The notes under the pieces were generated by a model, which ran no database searches, was not told the origin of the DNA, and was given only the letters and a program-made list of their open reading frames with translations. This document shows positions 51,571 to 64,000 of a DNA stretch of 64,000 nt, piece by piece. Source of the DNA: Eledone cirrhosa (Eukaryota). The position numbers were made by a program, and so were the translations under genes. Each line of letters begins with the position of its first letter. Position 1 is the first letter of the stretch. The stretch is from NCBI GenBank assembly GCA_964016885.1, contig OZ024742.1, forward strand, positions 3,100,001 through 3,164,000, in the 5' to 3' direction.

Positions 51571-54500
51571 TTGTAGTATTAACACACTACACTATAGTAT
51601 TCACACACTACACTATGGTATAACACACTACACTATAGTATTAACACACTATAGTACAGTATTAACACACTACACTATAGTATTAACACACAACACTATA
51701 GTATTAACACACTACATTATAGTATAACACACTACACTATGGTAATAACACATTACACTATAGTATTAACACACATTACTATAGTATTAACACAATTCAG
51801 CACTGTATAACACACTACACTATCGTATTAACGCACTAAATTATAGTATAACACACTACACTTTAGTATTAACACAACACTATAGTATTAACACAATGCA
51901 ATATAGTATTAACACACTACACTATAGTATTAAAACACTATACTATAGTATTAACACACTACACTATAGTATTAACACACTACACTATAGCATTAACACA
52001 CACCACTATAGTAATAACACACTATACTATAGTATAACACACTACACTTTAGTATTAACACACAACACTATAGTATTAACAGTCTCTATACTACAGTATT
52101 AACAAACTACACTATAGTATTAACAAACAACACTATTGTATTAACACACTACATTATAGTATAAGACACTACACTATAGTATTAACACACAACACTATAG
52201 TATTAACAATTACACTATAGTATAACACACTGCACTATAGTATTAACACACTACATTTTAGTATAACACACTTCACTATAGTATTAACGCACTATACTAT
52301 AGTATTAAAACACTACACTATAGTATTAACACACTATACTACAGTATTAAGACACTACATTACAGTATAACACACTACACTATAGTATTAAGACACTACA
52401 CTATAGTATAACACACTACATTATAGTATAACACAATACACTATAGTATTAACACACTACATTGTAGTATTAACACACTACACTATAATATTAACACACT
52501 ACACTATAGTATAACACACTACACTATAGTAATAACACACTACAATACTGTATTAACACACTACACTATAGTATTAACACACTTCACTACAGTATTAACA
52601 CACTAAACTATAGTATTAACACAATATACTACAGTATTAACACACTACACTATAGTATTAACACACTAACCTACAGTATAACACACTACATTATAGTATA
52701 ACACACTTCACTATAGTATTAAAACACTATACTATAGTATTAACACACTACACTATAGTATTAATACACTACACTATAGTATTAACACACAACGCTATAG
52801 TATTAAAACACTACATTTTAGTATAACACACTACACTATAGTATTAACACACTACGCTATAGAATAACACACTACATTGTAGTATCAATACACAACACCT
52901 ATAGTATTCACACACTACACCTATAGTATTCACACACTACACTATGGTATAACACACTACACTATAGTATTAACACACTATAGTACAGTATTAACACACT
53001 ACACTATAGTATTAACACACAACACTATAGTATTAACACACTACATTATAGTATAACACACTACACTATAGTATTTAACACATTACACTATAGTATTAAC
53101 AAACATCACTATAGTATTAACACAATTCAGCACTGTATAACACACTACACTATTGTATTAACACACTAAATTATAGTATAACACACTACACTTTAGTATT
53201 AACACAACACTATAGTATTAACACAATGCAATATAGTATTAACACACTACACTATAGTATTAAAACAATATACTATAGTATTAACACACTACACTATAGC
53301 ATTAACACACAACACTATAGTAATAACACACTATACTATAGTATAACACACTACACTTTAGTATTAACATACAACACTATAGTATTAACAGTCTCTATAC
53401 TACAGTATTAACAAACTACACTATAGTATTAACAAACAACACTATTGTATTAACACACAACACTATAGTATAGCACACTACACTACAGTCTAATACACTA
53501 CACTATTATATTAACACACTACATTATAGTATTAGCACACTACACTATATTATTAACACACTACAATATAGTATTGACACACTACACTATAGTATTAACA
53601 CACTACACTATATTATTAACACACTACAATATAGTGTTAACACACTACACTATAGTATTAACACACTACACTATAGTATTAAAACACTACACTATAGTGT
53701 TAACACACTACACTGTAGTATAACACACCACACTATAATATTAACACACTACGCTTTAGTATTAACACACTAAACTATAGTATTAACACACTACACTATA
53801 GGTATTAACACACTACATTATAGTATTAACACACTACACTACAGTGTTAACACACTACAATATAGTATTAACACACTATACTACAGTATTAACACACTAC
53901 ACTATTGTATTACCACACAACACTATAGTATTAACACACTACACTATAGTATTAACACACTATACTACAGTATTAACACAATAAACTATAGTATTAAGAC
54001 ACACCACTATAGTATTAACACACTACATTATAGTATAACACACTACACTATAGTATTAACACACTACACTATAGTATTAACACTGATCACTATAGTATTA
54101 ACACATTTCACCACAGTATAACACAATACACTATCGTATTAATACACTAAACTATAGTATAACACACTACACTATAGTAATAACACACTACACTATAGTA
54201 TTAACACACTACACTATATTATTAACACACTACACTATAGTATTAACACAATACACTATAGTATTAACACACTACACTATATTATTAACACACTACACTA
54301 TAGTATTAACACACAACACTATACTATTAACACACTACACTATATTATATCACATTACACTGTTGTATTAACACACTACACTATAGTATTAACACACTAC
54401 ACTATAGTGTTAACACACTACACTGTAGTATAACACAATACACTAGAATATGAACACACTACGCTTTAGTATTAACACACTAAACTATAGTATTAACACA

Positions 54501-57500
54501 CTACACTATAGGTATTAACACACTACACTATAGTATTAAAACACAGCACTATAGTATTAACACACTACACTATAGTATTAACACACAACACTATATTATT
54601 AACACACTAAACTATAGTATTAACATTCTACATTATAGTATAACACACTACACTATAGTATTAACACACTACACTATAGTATTAACACACTACACTATAG
54701 TATAACACACTACACTATAGTATTAACACACTACACTATAGTATTAACACACTATACTACAGTATTAACACACTTCACTATTGTATTAACACACAACATT
54801 ATTGTATTAACACACTATACTATAGTATTAACACACTACACTATAGTATTAACACACAACACTATAATATTAACACACTACATTATCGTATTACACTCTA
54901 CGCTATAGTATTAACACACTACACTATAGATTTAACACAAAACTATAGTATGAAAACATTACACTATAGTATTAACACAGCACTATAATATTAACACTCT
55001 ATACTATAGTATTAACACACTACACTATAGTATTAACACACTACACTATAGTATAACACACTACACTATAGTATTAACACACTATACTACAGTATTAACA
55101 CACTACACTATTGTATTAACACACAACACTATAGTTTTAACACACTACATTAGAGTATAACACACTACATTATAGTATAACACACTACTATTGTATTAAC
55201 ATATTACCTTGTTGTATGAACACGCTACACTATTATATTAACACACTACATTATAGTATTAACACACTACACTACAGTATTAACACACTACACTATAGTA
55301 TTAACACACTATACTACAGTATTAACAGACTACACTATAGTATTAACATACAACACTATTATATTAACACACTACATTATAGTATAACACACTACACTAT
55401 AGTTTTAACACACTACATTATAGTATTAACACACTACACTATACCACCTTATAGCACACTACACTGTTGTGTTACCACACTAAACTATAGTATTAACACA
55501 ACACTATAGTATAACACAATACAATATAGTATTAACACACTACACTATAGTATTAACACACTACACTATAGTATGAACACACTACACTATAGTATTAACA
55601 CAAAACTATAGTATGAACACATTACACTATAGTATTAATACAGCAATATAGTATTAACACACATCACTATAGTATTAACACATTTCACCACAGTATAACA
55701 CAATACACTATCGTATTAATACACTAAACTATAGTATAACACACTACACAATAGTAATAACACACTACACTATATTATTAACACACTACACTATAGTATT
55801 AACACACTTCACCACAGTATAGCACACTACACTATTGTGTTACCACACTAAACTATAGTATTAACACAACACTATAGTATAACACAATACAATATAGTAT
55901 TAACAGACTACACTATAGTATTAACACACTACACTCTAGTATTAACACACTACACTGCAGTGTTAACACACTACAATATAGTATTAACACACTATACTAC
56001 AGTATTAACACACTACACTATTGTATTAACACACATCACTATAGTATTAACACACTACATTATATTATAACACACTACACTATAGTATTATCACACTACA
56101 CTATAGTATAACACACTCCACTATATTATTAACACACTACACTATAGTATTAACACACTATACTATAGTATTAACATAAAATTATAGTATGAACACGTTA
56201 CACTATAGTATTAATACAGCACTATAGTATTAACACACTACACTATAGTATTAACACACTACACTATAGTATTAACACACTACATTACAGTGTTAACACA
56301 CTACAATATAGTATTAACACACTATACTACAGTATTAACACACTACACTATTGTATTAACGCACAACACAATAGTATTAACACACTACACTATAGTATTA
56401 ACACACAACACTATAGTATTAACACACTACACTATAGTATTAACACACTACACTACAGCATTAACACTGTACACTATAGTATTAACACACTATACTACAG
56501 TAATAATACACTAAACTATAGTATTAACACACACCACTATAGTATTAACACATTTCACCACAGTATAACACAATACACTATCGTATTTATACACTAAATG
56601 ATAGTATAACACACTACACTATAGTAATAACACACCACACTATAGTATAACACACTACACTATAGTATAACACACAACACTATAGTATTAACACACCACA
56701 CTATAGTATAACACACTTCACTATAGTATCAACACACTATAATATAGTATTAACACACTACACTATAGTATTAACACACTACACTATATTATTAACACAC
56801 TACACTATAGTATTAACACACAACACTATAGTATTAACACACTACAGTATATTATATCACACTACACTATTGTATTAACACACTACACTATAGTATTAAC
56901 ACACTACACTATAGAATTAACACACTACACTGTAGTATAACACACGACACTATAATATTAACACACTACATTATAGTATTAACACACTACATTATAGTAT
57001 TACACACTACACTATAGTATTATCACACTACACTATAGTATTAACACACAACACTATAGTAATAACACACTACACTATAGTATAACACACTACGCTTTAG
57101 TATTATCACACTAAACTATAGCATTAACACACTACACTATAGGTATTAACACACTACACTATAGTATTAAAACGCAGCACTATAGTATTAACACACTACA
57201 CTATAGTATTAACACACAACACTATACTATTAACACACTACACTATATTATATCACATTACACTGTTGTATTAACACACTACACTATAGTATTAACACAC
57301 TACACTATAGTGTTAACACACTACACTGTAGTATAACACAATACACTAGAATATGAACACACTACGCTTTAGTATTAACACACTAAACTATAGTATTAAC
57401 ACACTACACTATAGGTATTAACACACTACACTATAGTATTAAAACACAGCACTATAGTATTAACACACTACACTATAGTATTAACACACAACACTATATT

Positions 57501-60500
57501 ATTAACACACTAAACTATAGTATTAACATTCTACATTATAGTATAACACACTACACTATAGTATTAACACACTACACTATAGTATTAACACACTACACTA
57601 TAGTATAACACACTACACTATAGTATTAACACACTACACTATAGTATTAACACACTATACTACAGTATTAACACACTTCACTATTGTATTAACACACAAC
57701 ATTATTGTATTAACACACTATACTATACTATTAATACACTACACTATAGTATTAACACACAACACTATAATATTAACACACTAGATTATCGTATTACACT
57801 CTACACTATAGTATTAACACACTACACTACAGTGTAACACACTACACTATAGTATTAACACACTACACTATAGATTTAACACAAAACTATAGTATGAAAA
57901 CATTACACTATAGTATTAACACAGCACTATAATATTAACACACTATACTATAGTATTAACACACTACACTATAGTATTAACACACTACACTATAGTATAA
58001 CACACTACACTATAGTATTAACACACTATACTACAGTATTAACACACTACACTATTGTATTAACACACAACACTATAGTTTTAACACACTACATTAGAGT
58101 ATAACACACTACATTATAGTATAACACACTACTATTGTATTAACATATTACCTTGTTGTATGAACACGCTACACTATTATATTAACACACTACATTATAG
58201 TATTAACACACTACACTACAGTATTAACACACTACACTATAGTATTAACACACTATACTACAGTATTAACAGACTACACTATAGTATTAACATACAACAC
58301 TATAGTATTAACACACTATATTATAGTATAACACACTACACTATAGTTTTAACACACTACATTATAGTATTAACACACTACACTATACCACCTTATAGCA
58401 CACTACACTGTTGTGTTACCACACTAAACTATAGTATTAACACAACACTATAGTATAACACAATACAATATAGTATTAACACACTACACTATAGTATTAA
58501 CACACTACACTATAGTATGAACACACTACACTATAGTATTAACACAAAACTATAGTATGAACACATTACACTATAGTATTAATACAGCAATATAGTATTA
58601 ACACACATCACTATAGTATTAACACATTTCACCACAGTATAACACAATACACTATCGTATTAATACACTAAACTATAGTATAACACACTACACAATAGTA
58701 ATAACACACTATACTATAGTATTAACACACTACACTATAGTATTAACACACTACACTATAGTATTAACACACTACACTACAGTATTAACACACTACACTA
58801 TAGTATTAACACACTACACTCTAGTATTAACACACTACACTGCAGTGTTAACACACTACAATATAGTATTAACACACTATACTACAGTATTAACACACTA
58901 CACTATTGTATTAACACACATCACTATAGTATTAACACACTACATTATATTATAACACACTACACTATAGTATTATCACACTACACTATAGTATAACACA
59001 CTCCACTATATTATTAACACACTACACTATAGTATTAACACACTATACTATAGTATTAACATAAAATTATAGTATGAACACGTTACACTATAGTATTAAT
59101 ACACCACTATAGTATTAACACACTACACTATAGTATTAACACACTACACTATAGTATTAACACACTACATTACAGTGTTAACACACTACAATATAGTATT
59201 AACACACTATACTACAGTATTAACACACTACACTATTGTATTAACGCACAACACAATAGTATTAACACACTACACTATAGTATTAACACACAACACTATA
59301 GTATTAACACACTACACTATAGTATTAACACACTACACTACAGCATTAACACTGTACACTATAGTATTAACACACTATACTACAGTAATAACACACTAAA
59401 CTATAGTATTAACACACACCACTATAGTATTAACACATTTCACCACAGTATAACACAATACACTATCGTATTTATACACTAAATGATAGTATAACACACT
59501 ACACTATAGTAATAACACACCACACTATAGTATAACACACTACACTATAGTATAACACACAACACTATAGTATTAACACAGCACACTATAGTATTACCAC
59601 ACTACACTATAGTATTAACACACTACACTATAGTATAACACACTTCACTATAGTATCAACACACTATAATATAGTATTAACACACTACACTATAGTATTA
59701 ACACACTACACTATATTATTAACACACTACACTATAGTATTAACACACAACACTATAGTATTAACACACTACACTATATTATATCACACTACACTATTGT
59801 ATTAACACACTACACTATAGTATTAACACACTACACTATAGTATTAACACACTACACTGTAGTATAACACACTACACTATAATATTAACACACTACATGA
59901 TAGTATTAACACACTACATTATAGTATTACACACTACACTATAGTATTATCACACTACACTATAGTGTTAACACACAACACTATAGTAATAACACACTAC
60001 ACTATAGTATAACACACTACGCATTAGTATTATCACACTAAACTATAGCATTAACACACTACACTATAGGTATTAACACACTACACTATAGTATTAAAAC
60101 ACAGAACTATAGTATTAACACACTACACTATAGTATTAACACACAACACTATATTATTAACACACTACACTATAGTATTAACATTCTACATTATAGTATA
60201 ACACACTACACTATAGTATTAACACACTACACTATAGTATTAACACACAACACTATAATATTAACACACTACATTATCGTATTACACTCTACACTATAGT
60301 ATTAACACACTACACTACAGTGTAACACACTACACTATAGTATTAACACACTAAAATATAGTATTAACACACTATACTACAGTATTAACACACTGCACTA
60401 TTGTATTAACACACAACATTATTGTATTAACACACTATACTACAGTATTAACATACTACACTATAGTATTAACACACAACACTATAGTATTAACACACAT

Positions 60501-63500
60501 TATCGTATTACACTCTACACTATAGTATTAACACACTACACTACAGTGTAACACACTATACTATAGTATTAACACACTACACTATAGATTTAACACAAAA
60601 CTATAGTATGAAAACATGACACTATAGTATTAACACAGCACTATAATATTAACACTCTATACTATGGTATTAACACACTACACTATAGTATTAACACACT
60701 ACACTATAGTATTAACACACTACACTATAGTATAACACACTACACTATAGTATTAACACACTACACTATAGTATTAACACACTATACTACAGTATTAACA
60801 CACTACACTATAGTATTAACACAAAACTATAGTATGAACACATTGCACTATAGTATTAATACAGCACTATAGTATTAACACACTACACTATAGTATTAAC
60901 ACACTACACTATTGTATTAACACACAACACTATAGTATTAACACACTACACTATATTATAAACACACTATACTACAGTATTAACACACTAAACTATAGTA
61001 TTAACACACACCACTATAGTATTAACACACTACATTATAGTATAACACACTACACTATAGTATTAACACACTACACTATAGTATTAACACACATCACTAT
61101 ATTATTAACACACTACACTATATTATTAACACACGACACTCTAGTATTAACACACTACACTATAGTATTAACACACTACACTATATTATATCACACTACA
61201 CTATTGTATTAACACACTACACTATAGTATTAACACACTACACTATAGTGTTAACACACTACACTGTAGTATAACACAATACACTAGAATATTAACACAC
61301 TACGCTTTAGTATTAACACACTAAACTATAGTATTAACACACTACACTATAGGTATTAACACACTACACTATAGTATTGAAACACAGCACTATAGTATTA
61401 ACACACTACACTATAGTATTAACACACAACACTATGTTATTAACACACTAAACTATAGTATTAACATTCTACATTATAGTTTAACACACTAGACTATAGT
61501 ATTAACACACTACACTATAGTATTAACACACTATACTACAGTATTAACACACTTCACTATTGTATTAACACACAACATTATTGTATTAACACACTATACT
61601 ATAGTATTAACACACTACACTATAGTATTAACACACAACACTATAATATTAACACACTACATTATCGTATTACACTCTACACTGTAGTATTAACACACTA
61701 CACTACAGTGTAACACACTACACTATAGTATTAACACACTAGACTATAGATTTAACACAAAACTATAGTATGAAAACATTACACTATAGTATTAACACAG
61801 CACTATAATATTAACACTCTATACTATAGTATTAACACACTACACTATAGTATTAACACACTACACTATAGTATAACACACTACACTATAGTATTAACAC
61901 ATTATACTACAGTATTAACACACTACACTATTGTATTAACACACAACACTATAGTATTAACACACTACATTATAGTATAACACACTACACTATAGTTTTA
62001 ACACACTACATTAGAGTATAACACACTACATTATAGTATAACACACTACTATTGTATTAACATACTACCTTGTTGTATGAACACGCTAAACTATTATATT
62101 AACACACTACATTATAGTATTAACACACTACACTACAGTATTAACACACTACACTATAGTATTAACACACTATACTACAGCATTAACAGACTACACTATA
62201 GTATTAACACACAACACTATAGTATTAACACACTACATTATAGTATAACACACTACACTATAGTTTTAACACACTACATTATAGTATTAACACACATCAC
62301 TATAGTATTAACACACTTCACCACAATATAGCACACTACACTATTGTGTTACCACACTAAACTATAGTATTAACACAACACTATAGTATTACACAATACA
62401 ATATAGTATTAACAGACTACACTATAGTATTAACACACTACACTACAGTGTTAACAAACTACAATATATTATTAACACACTATACTACAGTATTAACACA
62501 CTACACTATTGTATTAACACACAACACTATAGTATTAACACACTACACTATATTATTAACACACTATACTACAGTATTAACACACTAAACTATAGTATTA
62601 ACACACACCACTATAGTATTAACACACTACATTATAGTATAACACACTACACTATAGTATTAACACACTACACTATAGTATTAACACACATCACTATAGT
62701 ATTAACACATTTCACCACAGTATAACACAATACACTATAGTATTAATACACTAACCTATAGTATAACACACTACACTATAGTAATAACACACAACACTAT
62801 AGTATTAACACACCACACTATAGTATAACACACTACACTATAGTATTAACACACTAAACTATATTATTAACACACTACACTATAGTATTAACACACTACA
62901 CTATAGTATTAAAACACAGCACTATAGTATTAACACACTACACTATAGTATTAACACACAACACTATATTAATAACACACTACACTATAGTATTAACATT
63001 CTACATTGTAGTATAACACACTACACTATAGTATTAACACACCACACTATAGTATAACACACTACACTATAGTATAACACACAACACTATAGTATTAACA
63101 CACTTCACTATAGTATCAACACACTATAATATAGTATTAACACACTACACTATAGTATTAACACACTACACTATATTATTAACACACTACACTATAGTAT
63201 TAAGACACAACACTATAGTATTAACACACTACACTATATTATATCACACTACACTATTGTATTAACACACTACACTATAGTATTAACACACTACACTATA
63301 ATATTAACACACTACACTGTAGTATAACACACTACACTATAATATTAACACACTACATTATAGTATTATCACACTACATTATAGTATTACACACTACACT
63401 ATAGTATTATTACACTACACTATAGTATTAACACACAACACTATAGTAATAACACACTACACTATAGTATTAAAACACAGCACTATAGTATTAACACACT

Positions 63501-64000
63501 ACACTATAGTATTAACACACAACACTATATTATTAACACACTACACTATAGTATTAACATTCTACATTATAGTATAACACACTACACTATAGTATTAACA
63601 CACTACACTATAGTATTAACACACTACACTCTAGTATAACACATTACACTATAGTATTAACACACTACACTATAGTATTAACACACTATACTACGGTATT
63701 AACACACTTCACTATTGTATTAACACACAACATTATTGTATTAACACTCTATACTATAATATTAACACACTACACTATAGTATTAACACACAACACTATA
63801 ATATTAACACACTACATTATCGTATTACACTCTACACTATAGTATTAACACACTACACTACAGTGTAACACACTACACTATAGATTTAACACAAAACTAT
63901 AGTATGAAAACATTACACTATAGTATTAACACAGCACTATAATATTAACAATCTATACTATAGTATTAACACACTACACAATAGTATTAACACACTACAC

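Larger units (their letters stand above)
33895..64000. repeat. Satellite/minisatellite array, 21-bp consensus ACACACTACACTATAGTATTA with 20-bp variants, >30 kb, runs off the window
   Basis: Continuous head-to-tail monomers in one orientation, with an internal palindrome ACTATAGT. Confidence 0.98.

Noticed and set aside
33895-64000. CRISPR-like array or repeat-protein gene (SINTLHY / TIVLTHY ORFs)
   Set aside because: Monomers are contiguous with no unique spacers and there are no cas genes. The ORFs are chance read-throughs of a 21-bp unit that are constantly broken by 20-bp variants.

Overview
Eukaryotic (metazoan) DNA, AT-rich and microsatellite-rich. The SINE and repeat style suggests a cephalopod or other mollusc, which is inference only. 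The only host coding sequence is a 785-bp minus-strand exon (24228-25012) of a metabotropic glutamate receptor-like class C GPCR, so the rest of the window is probably intronic. Bases 1-23.6 kb are a packed array of two unrelated non-LTR retrotransposon families separated only by (TAA)n tracts. Three Dong/R4-like restriction-like-endonuclease (RLE) elements all lie on +, and two full-length Tx1/L1-like APE elements both lie on -, in the order A+ B- A+ (69-bp mini element) B- A+. The two Tx1 copies share ORF2 but have different 5'UTR/ORF1 modules. Both carry a GT-AG 52/53-nt segment whose removal would fuse ORF1 to ORF2 in frame. Bases 25-34 kb hold repeat relics: candidate hammerhead ribozymes on the host sense strand, long inverted repeats, a Helitron-like element, SINE heads, and a second, smaller microsatellite-nested cluster on (TACA)n. 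Bases 33.9-64 kb are a >30-kb 20/21-bp satellite with kb-scale higher-order duplications and one SINE insertion. All calls were made by eye from the sequence and the ORF track; no searches were run.
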